This document shows positions 23,801 through 36,283 of a stretch of 64,000 bases of DNA, piece after piece; position 1 is the first letter of the stretch, and each line of letters begins with the position of its first letter. This DNA is from Octopus vulgaris (taxonomy: Eukaryota). Made by a program: the position numbers and the translations under genes. The DNA is taken from contig OX597816.1 in NCBI GenBank assembly GCA_951406725.2, forward strand, positions 112,964,001-113,028,000, written 5' to 3'. The notes beneath the pieces are model-generated. The model worked only from the letters and a program-made list of their open reading frames with translations, was not told the DNA's origin and did not search any database.

Positions 23801-24332
23801 AAAGAGAGAAAGACTACCAGGTTTACTGAAGAAAGAAGCTAATTTAGAACTCATTATTTGCAAATATTGGAGTGAATGGAACAAAGGTGATCGAAAATAA
23901 TACCTTCCACTTGGTGATTATGTGTTTTTGTGTATGAGAGAGAGGGAGAGAGAGAGAGAGTATGGTGGGAGTGTGAAAGCAATCAGTTCAGAAGTTGTTT
24001 CTACCATATTTCTTGGTATTAAGGATGCCAGAAACTAACTCTGCATAGTTAAGACCAAAGGTTACCATTTTCAAAGCTAATTTTAACCCGATTTCTTAAT
24101 GCTGTAAAAGTCAAAGAAAAAACAACAGATGCAGACTTTAAGACATCATGTGAAAGTGCTGAGACTTTGTATTGCATTTTTCTTTTAAAACTTTTCAAGT
24201 AAAAAATTGAGGTTTCTTCTTTGAGATCAAAGTATCCTCATTGCCAGGAAATATGATAATTTATTCATATGACATTACATTAGCTTTATATACAATATGA
24301 TAGGCTTGTGATTTCATTATTAAAACTTTGAT

Positions 24333-24495
24333 GAAGACAGTAAACAGGCAGGTTTGTTAGTATGTTTAGGTCTTTATACTCTTAGCTCAAATGCTATCGT
24401 GATCAACTTTGCCTCTTGTTCTTTTGAGCACTTAGATCTACGTTATGGGCTTCCCTCTCTTCTCAAAAGGTTGCTGGCCTTGTGCCAAAATTAGA
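24333..24495 (+). mobile_element. SINE family C (degenerate) with 17-bp TSD
   Basis: attattaaaactttgat at 24316-24332 and 24496-24512. Body has caactttgcct and gctggccttgtgccaaaattagaa. Confidence 0.75.
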
Positions 24496-25400
24496 ATTAT
24501 TAAAACTTTGATAGTTTGAGTTAAAATCTTCTCTATTTGCTTCATATCAGAATCATTCTTTAATAGTACTTTCACCATTATAATTCTTTTTCAAGTACTT
24601 CATTAACATACAGTGAACAAATGTTTGCAAATAGGTTTGACTTTTATGCAATTACTCCCTGTTTTATTTGTATGATGTATTAGAGGAATATTTGTATAAA
24701 CATTAAACTAACACCACCCTATTTTTTTTTTTAATGTTTATCCCAGTTCTTAACATTTCAAATTACTCGTTCACACCATATGACAATTCTTGCTTTGCTG
24801 ACCTTAATTATTGCATAAATGCACTAAGTGTATGTATCAATTGTTTATGGGTGTCTCATTCCTTTTCCAGTTAAATACCACAGATACTTATAATTGCTGC
24901 TTACAACTATGTACCAAACTACTATTTAAAGTTATTTAGTCATACTTTCTTGATATAACCAAAAACAACTAGGTTTTGCTTTTTCTTTTCAAATCTTGGC
25001 AGAAAGTTAGGAATTCAAGTAAACTTTATGTTTAATCAATAAGTTTTGAATAAGAGTCATAAAAGATACAAGGAAAGCATAAATTCGGGTTGGTTTTCTT
25101 GAAGCTTGTTTTATCCATGGTTATTTCCATTATAAAATCTTACTGTTGTGTAACAAATAAAATTACTTTGATTTAACTTTCTTTGTGTTCTTCAGTCAAT
25201 ATCCAATGTGTGAACATAGCTTTCATTATCCTGGTAAAATTTTAAAACCTTTAGACATTCATAATTCTGAGATAAGTGAATTGTCTAGCATGCTACAATC
25301 AAACTTTTAATCTCTTATAGTATTTTTTTTTTTTTTTTTTTTTAGTTCTGCTTTGATCACTGTGATCTTCGGTTGTTTCAGATACAATATTTAACATATA

Positions 25401-26622
25401 CAGGGGTTGGACAAAATAATGGAAACACCTAGCATCATAGCATCATAATTTTGAAATATCTATAAAACTGTCAAAAGCTTGATTATTTTTATGTTGTTTG
25501 ATATATTATTAGTGTTGCTTAATATGTTTTGCTAAAATTGCTGTTTCTTTTCAAATAGCATTCGAAAAAGGTAATTAAAATTCATTAAAATGACAGATCT
25601 ATCAGACTTTCAAAGAGGTCAAATTGTTGGTGCTCGTATGGCAGGCATTAGCATAACAGAAACAGCCAAAATGTTTGGTGTATCAAGAAATACTGTCTTG
25701 AAAGTAATGACAGCCTTTGAGAAAGAGGAAAAAAACCACCTCATCGAAACAAAACTCCGGAAGGAAACCAAAACTTTCAGATATGGACTGTCGGACTCTT
25801 ATGCAAATTGTTAGAAAGGATCACAAAAGTACAGCTCCCAAAATTACTGCAGAGCTTAATGGCCACCCCGAGAACCCAGTTTCCACAAAAACTGTTCACT
25901 GGGAGCTGCACAAAGCTGGATTTCATGGTAGGGTTGCAATCAGAAAACCACTACTTTCAAAACGAAATGTTGCATAGCGTTTGAGTGGAGTAAAAACCTA
26001 AAGCAGTGGAAGAATGTTACTTTCTCGGATGAATCATCCTTTACCTTATTTCTAACCACTGTCTGAGTATATGTGTGGAGACAGCCAAAAGAAGCATTTG
26101 ACCCAGACTGCCTTCTTCCAACTGTTAAACATGGAAGAGGATCTGTGATGATGAAGGGGGGGGGGTATTTCTTGGAAATCCACCGGCCCAATAGTTTCCC
26201 TTCATGGCAGAATTAATAATCAAGACTATTTAAGCATTTTATCTGATCAAATTCATCCTATGGTTGTGGAACTGTTTTCAGAGGGAAACGCAATCTTTCA
26301 GGATGATAATGCACCAATTCACACAGCTATAGTTGTTACTGAATGGCATGAGGAATATTCTAGTGAAGTTGAACATCTTATCTGGCTACAACAAGCCCCA
26401 GATCTCAATATTGCTGAACATTTATGGTGCATTTTAGAAAAACAAGTAAGGAGTCAATATCCTCCACCATCATTACTACAAGAACTGGAGACTGTTTTAG
26501 CTGAAGAATGGACAAAAATTCCTTTGGAAATAATTCAAGCTTTGTACGAGGCAGTCCTACTCCATATTAAAATAAATTTGTTTGAAATTTTAAGGTGTTT
26601 CCATTATTTTGTCCTACCCCTG
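25401..26622 (+). mobile_element. Full-length Tc1-like transposon (1222 bp), DD36E (Incomer-type), inactive
   Basis: TA TSDs at 25399-25400 and 26623-26624. 30-bp TIRs caggggttggacaaaataatggaaacacct with one mismatch. Contains a disrupted transposase. Confidence 0.95.
25590..26570 (+). pseudogene. Tc1-family transposase pseudogene (HTH + DD36E)
   Basis: MTDLSDFQRGQIVGARMAG...; GRKPKLS; WKNVTFSDESSF (D1); FQDDNAPIH (D2)...APDLNIAEHLW (E) with 36 residues between D2 and E. Has frameshifts and stops, and a C-terminal deletion before GSPTPY*. AATAAA at 26571. Confidence 0.92.
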
Positions 26623-27049
26623 TATTCATTATTTTTTTTTGCTAGGTTCAAAGAGTACAAAGACAAATTTTAAACTGATATTCCAACATATCTATTCTAT
26701 GGCAAAGACAGTTATACACACTGAAACTTTTAAGAAATGTTCAAACCTGGAATCCCATCTTTAGGGAAGTTGTATTTGCCAAAAAAGGGGAGGAAGAGCA
26801 AAATGAAATGGTATCTGAAAAGAAAATGCTATCTGAATATCATTATTACTCAAATTCATTTATTTCTGACATGAATAAGAAAGTGGACTTTATCTTGATA
26901 ATTTTGATAATTTCTTGCTTTGAGCTTCTCATCAATCTTGTCTCATCATGATACCTTATATTATTTGAACTGGATGAGTTACTTTCATCTGTGTGTGTGA
27001 TGCTTTATCCCATAATTTTTTAAATATTATTATTGTTGTTATTGTTATC

Positions 27050-27420
27050 AAAGTGATGGATTAGTAGAATATTTAGAGCTTGGGTCAAACTTTTTAGCAG
27101 TATTTTCTCTGGTTCATTACATTCTGAGTTCAAATACTGTTGAGAACAACCAGGCTTGGTAAAATAAGGTACCAGTCAAGTACTGAGGTTGATTTAATCA
27201 AGTAATTCCATTCCACAAATTTCTGGCCTTGTGCCTACATTACTAACAATTGAGGACATTGAAGTGACTGAATTGTTAGCACATCAGATATACCTTGCAG
27301 TATTTTTCTCTTCTTTTTACATTCTGGGTTTTTTAAAAAATAAAATACTACTCTAATACTCAGTTTAATTGATTGACTTCCTCCCTCAAAATTGCTGGCC
27401 TTGTGCCTAAATTAGCAACA
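27050..27420 (+). mobile_element. Two tandem degenerate SINE family C copies
   Basis: Two rounds of ttacattctg...aaataa..tac...ctggccttgtgccta. Confidence 0.65.
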
Positions 27421-27699
27421 ATTACTACCATCACTCTTGTTTCACAAAAAATATTTATTTTATTAAAACATTTTTGGGGGTCTTGAATTTGCAAAAATTG
27501 TTTTTATCTAAATACAAATAAAAAAAAATAATTTGAAACATAAATATGAACATGCATTGGAAATATAAGGCATCTTCTGGTCTTATCCACCTAATCTCAT
27601 CTACTGTTAGGGAGGTGCATATATATATAAATATGTTGGTGAGAATTGGTGTTATCTTCTTCATAAAAGAAAGCAAAAACAAAGCCAAAATCCTGCTAA

Positions 27700-28270
27700 G
27701 ACCATATCGTCAACTGTGCTGGTGATAATCTATGTATGCCTTCTTTATGGTAGAATTGGTCTTTAGTGATAGTGCTGTATGAACAAGTTCTTTTCTCTGC
27801 ACATAAGGTAAAGAAACAAACATGTTACCTACTTAGGACATTTATAACCAGTGATTTAGCTATCTCGAGGAGAAATTTAACACCATACATGATGTCAGCT
27901 GCAATCTTATAGATTATGTAAAGTGTTCCCTTATTTTATTCTGTTTTCTGTATCTTGCTTCTCTTTCTATCCTCTGCTTTTTTTTTCTTTGTCTTCTTCA
28001 TCAACAAGAATTGTAAGATATAATACAAACTCAGAACCCAGAACTTCACACCTATGATGAACATTTCAAAGTTCTTATCAGCAAACCTATAAAACAAGAA
28101 TTCAAGTTTATTTCCATCTGTCATAAAATCAATAGGAGAAACAAGAGAATGGGTGAACATGTTTACCTTGGTTTAAATGCCTACTGTTTTTACAATCGAT
28201 AAACAAATGTAAAAAGTTGTCATTTTATGGAGAATTCTCAAGAACGAAGCTCGTGCTACTCTGGTGTTTA
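27700..28270 (+). mobile_element. Highly degenerate RTE ORF2 relic
   Basis: KHVTYLG..., WVNM and SFYGEF occur in the order of RTE FTYLGS, WxGHV and LFYGEL. Confidence 0.4.
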
Positions 28271-28354
28271 GTGAGCACAAAACAAAACATTCTCAACATA
28301 ACATCATCAAACATATAAACTATGCACAAAGTTAAGCCAGTGAGAAAACTTATA

Positions 28355-28540
28355 AGTGGTCACTCGATCTGCTAAAAATAGCAACCAAATTTCCTTTAAA
28401 TCACATCCTACTATCTCCAAAAAGGAAAGCATAGACTAGATAATGTAGATCTAAATACCTTGGAAAATACAGAATATTTATGGTTGGAATGCCTTTGATC
28501 ATAGGTTTGACTGATCATGGGTCACCTGTGGCTAAACACC
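28355..28540 (+). repeat. Unclassified dispersed repeat (family F)
   Basis: cactcgatctgctaaaaatagcaaccaaat...aaatcacatcctactatct...ggttggaatgcctttgatc. Related copies at ~13550, 33965, 34140, 42415 (+) and 36415 (-). Confidence 0.7.
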
Positions 28541-28949
28541 TTCAACTGTACACAAAACTATTACATATTGGCATTAACTGAAGCTATCACATAGCATTAA
28601 TTGAAAGTTCAATGTATAAAAAGGCAGTACCCTAGCATGGCCACAGCTCAGTGACTGAAATAATTAAAAGGGGATATTATAACTTCTGTGGTCTATCAAA
28701 GGCAGTTTTTTTTCTTTTTATCATAGGCACAAGGACTGAAAATATGGGCAGGCAAATTTTGTAAATAAAATCAGCTCAGTACTTAATTGGTATTTATTTC
28801 ATCAACCTCTGGAACGACAAAGAGTACGGCTGACCCCAGTCAGATTTGAACTCAGAATCTAAAAGAACATAGCTAAATATCACAAAGCATTTTGTCAGAT
28901 GTTACTCTACTGATTTTGCCAATTTAAAGCAAAATTACAACCCCCACAT

Positions 28950-30300
28950 CAGTGTTAACAAACAACAATGTAGATACTGCTTTCATCTTAAAAATTTGAC
29001 TGACTTTAAAGAAAAAATGGTTCTACTGCATCTCTCAGTAACTTTCAGATCACATCAATCATTTCTTTCAGAAGATCACTCAAGGGAATGGTGCTGCAAT
29101 AATTCTAAGAAGTAACTTTCTAACATGACTGATACCCCTAAAATGTTTATATCTCTTTGAATGTGTTAACTGCACTATCAAATTTTCTACTGAAAAATTA
29201 TGTGTAACATTTTGTATACACAGAGCTTTCATAATTTCCATGAGGAATTTCAGCTAGTGCTTTAACTTGTTCTTTAATATTGTTATCTGAAGTAACATCA
29301 GCATTTACTTGAAGAACAACTATAATGTTCTCAAAATTTTTAGCAACTTGAAACAACTGTCCATGTTCCAAGCCAATGGCAAAGCCATCCACAAGGCTGG
29401 CAACATTGTATATTTATCATCATCATTGTTAATTTGACCAATGTCATTTCCAATTGAGCTGACATGTTATTCAAAGCCATTCAAACTCTTGACCATCTCA
29501 TTTTTTTAAATTTTTATTTTCTGGTATTTTCTAATGTGTCCTTTCTTAAGACGGTAGATATATGGCTGCTATTTCTTGCATATTTCTGGAATTCAACAAA
29601 GAAACTTTCAATTTCTGTTATACAGATGCAAGCAAGCAAAATACTCTTCCATCTTCCATGAATATATCCACACACACACACATACACACCAACAGTTTTA
29701 ATTCTTTCTTCAACAAAATATATTTTAAACATTTCTATTCTTTAATTTCTCTTCTAATTACCTACCTGAAGAAATCATTTTGATATTCTTCTATAATTAA
29801 GTACCATTAGTACTTTAATATTTTTCTCAGTATCCCAAATTCACAAGAGTCTAGGATTATATCTCCATGGCTAATATATAATCAGCTGCTTAGAATTTAT
29901 TTTTAATCTTTTTTAAAAAATATTCTCATCCTTGTAAGAATTTTCAACTCATTTTTAAAAACTGGTTTGACGGAGGGTCTGAAACTGAAAGATTTAACTG
30001 TCTCTACTATCCTAAAATGCCCAAGAACCAGATTCCAGTTTTTTTTTTTTTTTTTTTTTGGAAAGTCTATGTTGTTGCTTTGATCATCTCATACACAATA
30101 GCCCATATTCTCTAGCATAATTTGCATACAAGATTTGTTTTGTGCAAACAATAATTATGCTATAAGCTTACCTTGAACTTAGTAGTCTTTTCTGCTCAGG
30201 TTTGATCACAATAATATCTAAACATGGTTTTGCATCTGTATTTATCTGCAATATTTGATAGAACAGGTTATAGCATTCATTTGGATATCTGAAATGTGTC
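28950..30300 (-). mobile_element. hAT-superfamily transposase fossil
   Basis: Ordered minus-strand pieces FKNELKIL..ILDS, GYIH..CITEIESFFVEFQKY, MRWSR, KNFENIIVVLQ and QRDINILGVSVMLES parallel hAT QNELI..ILD, YIHCxAH..FF..Q, TRWSSR and LQ..DI motifs. Confidence 0.55.
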
Positions 30301-30469
30301 TATAGTGATTTGTATTTTCTTATATAACAAGATATACACAAAGAATAGTAATTAGTCAAATAAAACCAGAAACTTTATATGTAATACAAGGTGTACCTTA
30401 GGGCTCAAGCCTTGATTCTATTCTATTTAAAATGAACATTTATCTCATAACTTTTTTGCTGAAACTGTT

Positions 30470-30961
30470 GGGAATATGCTGTGCTTGAGAAGACCTGTCA
30501 AGCCAAGTGAAAATATAGTCATGGCTGATGCTGGTGTCACATAACTGGCACCCATTTTGGTGGCACATAAAAAGCACCTTTCGAGCATTTGGCCTCACTG
30601 AGGTAATGTGGCCAATGCCAGTGGCACATGAAAAGCTCCTTTTGAGTGTTGGGTCTCGTGGAGGCTATGATGAATGGCCAAGACCTTTGGCATTATGTCA
30701 TGCTTGAGAAGAAGACCCATCAAGCCAAATAAAATCGCAGTCATGACAGATACTGGTGTCACACAACCTGCACCCATGCCTGTGTCATGTAAAAACATCC
30801 ATTACACTCTCGGAGTCATTGGTGTTAGGGAGAGCATCCAGCTGTAGAAACCATGCCAAATCAGACTGGAGTTTGGTGCAACCTTCCAGCTTGTCAGCCT
30901 TGGTCAAACTGTCCAACCCATGCCAGCATGGACAATGGATGTTAAATGTTGATGATGATGA
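30470..30961 (+). mobile_element. RTE LINE 3' end (ORF2 terminus + UTR, internally duplicated) with (GAT)n
   Basis: gcttgagaagacc..tcaagccaa occurs twice (30483, 30702); conserved 3' block catccagctgtagaaaccatgcc...ccaacccatgccagcatgg. Confidence 0.85.
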
Positions 30962-31023
30962 ATTATACTACACAGTTTTATACAGATAGATGACCATTAA
31001 GCTGTCAATATTTTTTACAACTC

Positions 31024-31238
31024 AAAGGCAACGAGCTGGCAGACAGGTTAGCATGCTGGGTGAGATGCTTAGTGGTATTTCATCTGTATTTACATTCTGA
31101 GTTCAAATTCCGCCACAGTTGGCTTTGCCTTTCATCCTTTCGGGGTCGATAAATTAAGTACCAGCTGCATACTGGGGTAAATCTAATTGACTGGCACTCA
31201 CCCCCAAAATTTCAGGCCTTGTGCTTAGAATAGAAAAG
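31024..31238 (+). mobile_element. SINE family C, full length with 17-bp TSD
   Basis: TSD aatattttttacaactc (31007-31023, 31239-31255). B box gagttcaaattcc. Central ctttgcctttcatcctttcggggtcgataaattaagtaccag resembles the Meta/MESC SINE domain (from memory). Confidence 0.9.
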
Positions 31239-31597
31239 AATATTTTTTACAACTCTCTAAGAATAGATCCACCAGACATTATTAACAATATTAACAAAGG
31301 GTTGAATAATTTCTATGACACACTAAATACCACAATGTCAGAAATCATAGTCTTTCCTTTCTAACAATTATAACAAATTCCTTTTTGAAACCATCCATCA
31401 TAATGTCACAAATATATCTATCTCTCAAGAGACAAAATAACTTTTTTGTTATATTAGACCAATGCATGATTGTGTACTGAGTTATTGTTATTACTTTATG
31501 TAACTTAAAAGATAAAATCAGTGAATTCCAGACTAAAATTTTCATTAATGTCACAAAGAGAAATATTGCCCTCAAGGCAGTTTACTCCCAATTTATG

Positions 31598-31648
<51 letters not shown>

Positions 31649-31933
31649 TATATTATCTTGTCTTCCTCTTTTTCTTTTTTTCTTTATACACATAGAGAGC
31701 TACATTGTACAGTGTAACCTTCCCTAATTCTCTAAGAAAATATTTTTTAATTAATAAAATATGGAAAGGAAAAAAAATAAAAAATGAAGTGAAATAAAAT
31801 AGCAAAATAGTGCATACCTGAAACTACTTTGAGATGTTCTCCTGGTAGTATGTAAATAATATTTTCTTTATTTCTTTAAAATTATAATTGCTAAAACAAC
31901 AACAAAAAGAAAAGTAAGTTATTCTGGTGGCTG

Positions 31934-32280
31934 TAAAAAGGGTAAAGACCTTCTCTGTTCATGAATGACCATGGCATTGCACCTGGAAAGTTACCCTCTG
32001 AGGCACAAGTCCAGGCAAGGTTGTTAGTGGAAGACCAGCAGTTGCCCATGCACACCAGCCTCCCTTCTCCATGCCACCGATGTTGTCCAAGGGAAAAGCA
32101 AAGGTCGACACAGCTTGGCACCAGTGACATCGCAACACTTCTACAGTTGAGTGTACTGGTGCAACGTAGAATAAAGTGTCTTGCTCAAGAACACAACATA
32201 CAACTCAGTCTGAGAATCGAACTCACTATCTCATGATTGTGAGCCCAACACTCTAACCAATGAGCCATATGTCTTCACCT
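31934..32280 (-). mobile_element. tRNA-derived SINE, D-like head with a different tail
   Basis: Minus strand: tggctcattggttagag A box, gagttcgattctc B box, tgtgttcttgagcaagacactt body, ggtctttaccctttt tail. Confidence 0.85.
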
Positions 32281-32317
32281 TCCGGTGACTGTATGTGATA
32301 AGTAAATGTTAGTTTAA

Positions 32318-32537
32318 CCCTTTATTATTTAAACCAGCCATATCCAGCCAAAATATTCTCCTCATTTTCAGTTCAAACCAGCCAGATTTGGCCTCTCACA
32401 CCTACTCTACAATGTCATTCTAAAATAAACAATCACATCATTTGAAATATTGAAGCTGCAAGATAATGTATGATAAATTCAATACAACCTAAGTAAATAA
32501 GCATAACATTTGACAGAGTAATCTGAATACTAATGGG
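32318..32537. mobile_element. piggyBac-type MITE, 220 bp
   Basis: TTAA on both sides (32314-32317, 32538-32541). Termini ccctttattattt ... gaatactaatggg. Confidence 0.8.
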
Positions 32538-32845
32538 TTAAAATTGGGAACAGGCTGGAAAAGAGGAGGTAACTGCAGTGAATGGGAGCTGTAAAGAATG
32601 AGTTGTGGATTTTGAGCAAAGATGGTATTCAAGATGGATAATGAAAGCAACATTTTTATTAAATGTATTACAAATGGACTTTGAAGATTTAGCTATAATT
32701 TTAGACCAAGCCAAAATGTTGATTAGAAACATATATAAATATATTTACATTATATAATCATTATGATATTGATTGTGGTCTCAAAAGTTGTCTATTTTAA
32801 TATGCAACTATAAAGCATCTACTATATGTTTCAAAGAACATTCAG

Positions 32846-33108
32846 ATCATTATCATCATCATTTAGCATCCACTTTTCATGTTGGCAACTGGTAAGCCAG
32901 AGAGCTATACTAAGTTCTAGTCTAATTTAGTATGGTTTCTACAGCTGGATGCCCTTCCTAATGCCAACTACTCCAAGAGTATAATGGGTGCTTTTTATGT
33001 ACCACCAGCATGAGTGCTTTTGTGTGTCACTGGCATGGGTGCTTTTACATACCACTATGGCTAAAATTTCACTCAGTTTGACAAGTCTTCTCAAGCACAG
33101 CATACTGC
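32846..33108 (-). mobile_element. RTE 3'UTR fragment
   Basis: atcatcatcatttagcatcc...ggtttctacagctggatgcccttcc...gtcttctcaagcacagca. Confidence 0.8.
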
Positions 33109-33565
33109 CAATATATATATGTGTGTATATAGATGTGTATATTTATGAACAAATCACAATTATAATGGAGAGAGTTTCAGAAACCCTTTCATGTCTAGAA
33201 ATAGCAGTCAAAACTGCTATAAAGCCAGTATAACCACTCCTATTTTATCTCTTCACAATAAAGCTGTTGGCAGGTGACATGACATAAAATTCAAAACTTA
33301 AATAAAACTCTCTATTGCAATTTGAAAGTTAGGAACCAAAAACGGTTCCACTCTTCTCTTCAGGAGAACATTCCTGTAGATACAAATTAACACAAAAAAC
33401 ATACCTTGGGGCTTACATGTTTCCTGACCGGCAAGAATAATGTGTCAACCTCTATCTTTATGAAATTTTTTGATTACATGTTTGCCCATTGATATAGTCG
33501 TAAATAATAATGAATTGTTTATGATATATCCTTCATAATGTATTTTTACATTCCACTTTAATTAT

Positions 33566-33695
33566 ATGTGTGTGTATATATATATATATGAGTGTGTGTG
33601 TGTATTTATATACATATGTGTATTTGTATATATGTATATATATGTGTATATATATATGTATATATATGTATATATGTATATATATAAACACACAC
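33566..33695. repeat. Compound (TA)/(TG) microsatellite
   Basis: Read directly. Confidence 0.9.
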
Positions 33696-35541
33696 TGGGG
33701 TATTCTTATATCCTTTCTGATGCCTCTTATGCTTAGTTTATTTCTCAATACATTTGCACTTTGTTCTACACACATACTGATGTTGCAAATATGTTAAAAA
33801 AACTGTTGAGATTTTCTTTTGTGGTTTGCTTTGACTAATGTACATTCTCTACATGGACGATAATAAAAGTGGGTGTATTCTTACAAAAGTGTTAACTTAT
33901 TAACCTCTCATATCCTCCACTCTACTTCTACTTACTTCTGGCTTTATGAGCCAAGAAGAAGCTACTATGGGGTGTCTTGAATTGCTAGAAATAACAGCCA
34001 AACCTCCTACAAATCACATCTTACTGTCTTATTATAAAATGGTATTTGATAATATAACTCTAACTTGATATGTATCTGAAAAGAAATGAAATAATCAACT
34101 AAAGAACAACAAAAACAACAGCAAGGAAGCCTGTATATGATTATTTAATTTGCTGAAAATAACTGCTAAATCCTCAAATCAAATCCTACTATCTTAAAAA
34201 AGAGGCTTCATTATATAATGGTGACAAATAATCTGAAATCCTAAGATTCCTTCTTAGAATTTTTGCAGAAGAAGGGATGGCAATTATTTTGCAAGTTCAC
34301 AATACAAATCTCCACTCCAATATTCTTCAGACTCTAGGTATTTAGATTTTGTGCAGAATGCACTGATTATTACAGGAACAATTTTCACTTTTTGTGTTTC
34401 GTAAGCTCTTATCTCTCTGGCTTTGTCTTGATATTTTTTCAGTATTTTAAGTTTCCTCGAAATCCCACTTTTCTATCATATAGAACTGCAAAATCTGTAT
34501 TCTTACAATGTTTGTTCTTTCTGTCTTCCAGGGTTATATATGATATCTTTGCCTTATTATTATTATTATTATTATTAATAATAATAATAATAATCATAAT
34601 AATAATAATAATAATATCACAGTCAACTTTGCCTTTCACCCTTTTGGGGCTAATAAAATAAAGTATGGGTCATGTAATGGAATTGATGTAATCAACTTCA
34701 CCCTCCCATTAAAATTGCTGGCCTTGTGCCAAAATTAAAAAGAATTTTTATCATTATCATCATCTTCAGCAGATGTAGATTTTGTTGACATTGATTTCTG
34801 TGTAGTATACATGCTTAGTTGCAAAAAGATTGCACTTACAATACACCATAAGATTGTATCACCATCAACAATTTGCACATTGTGTTTCTAAGAAAGACCT
34901 TGAAAGTCTCGTATCTAACAAAGAAATTATTAGCTTAATCCTAGTGACTTGAATGTGATAGCTCAAATAATAGACTGCTGCTCACAGATTGTAAATCCTG
35001 TTAATTTTACAATGCATACAGCCTTTGAGCTGCCAGTTGAGGAAATATGGCTAGGCAGTAAACAGTATCATTGTTGTGAAAATAATTTATCTAAACCTCA
35101 AAATAGCAAAATGTTGGCTTTCCATGTGTGACTGACTGTATGACACTCTCTGCCTACTTTGCTTTTGGCATGTTAATGTGGATTAAATGAAACTGCAAAT
35201 TTGCAAGTGTTCAAACGGTTTTATGGTTGCTTGCCATTTCCAGCAGAAACTATTCAATTTATAAAGTAGGCTAATTTCTTCATTTTCAATTTTTTTTTCT
35301 CTCTTCCCCAGCTTCATAAGTTGTGAGGCAAACACCTCAACCTTTAAGCAATGTTGCTTTTTTCAATCATTGCACATCACTAATGCTTCCTTCTCATCCC
35401 CAAAAGTTTTTGTTTCCAAAGATATAAATTAAATTAAGTCCTACTCCTTTGCACATCATATTTTAAGTTTTCTTGCCAACTTTCTCCAAACATTCACTCA
35501 TTGAAATCTCTCCTTCTTCTTCCCATATTTCTCTATATGAT

Positions 35542-35587
<46 letters not shown>

Positions 35588-36067
35588 TGTATGTATACAT
35601 GTATGTACTTAGATCAGTCTATCTTTTCTCCTTATTTCTCTATCTTTCCATTCCTCTTTCTTACTTTTCTCCCCTTCTCACTCATCTCTTATTTCCCCTT
35701 CACATTTCTTTGTCTTTTTCCTTATCCCCACTCTTTTTCCTCCTTCCTCTCTCTAGTTCTGTGCATATAACTATTACACAAGAATAAACTTGAATTAGTC
35801 CTTTGATGTGCTTTCAAGCAGTCACATTAAATTTTGTTTTTCATTATCATGATTGTTTCAAGCTTGTCTTTCATTTATTCTAAACAAAACTGAAAGCAGC
35901 CTGATGGAGCAAATAGATATTGTTTATGCAAGCCTAAGTGGGCTGTATACTATACTATGAAGATATGTTTACTGACAAACTTTTCCTGATATAGAGAACA
36001 TAATTACTGGAATATATTTATTATTATTAGAAGAAAACATCATCATCATCATTATTATTATTTTTTA

Positions 36068-36283
36068 GAGTGGTGGATTTGCAGAACCATTAGAGCATTA
36101 TAGCAGTGCTGTATTTCTTCTGACTCTTTATATATTCTGAGTTCAAAACCTACTGAGGTCACTTTGCCTTTCATCCTACTGTAGTCGATAAAATAATATA
36201 TCACTCAGTTACTGGGGTCAATAGTATCAACTGCCTCCCTACCCTCAATGGTGCTTGCCTTGTACCTAAATTAGAAACTGTAG
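36068..36283 (+). mobile_element. SINE family C, degenerate
   Basis: ttctgagttcaaaacc..gaggtcactttgcctttcatcc..gtcgataaaataa...gccttgtacctaaattagaaac. Confidence 0.75.

Noticed and set aside
26260-26673. 137-aa ORF as an expressed gene
   Set aside because: It is the C-terminal fragment of the disrupted Tc1 transposase reading through the TIR.
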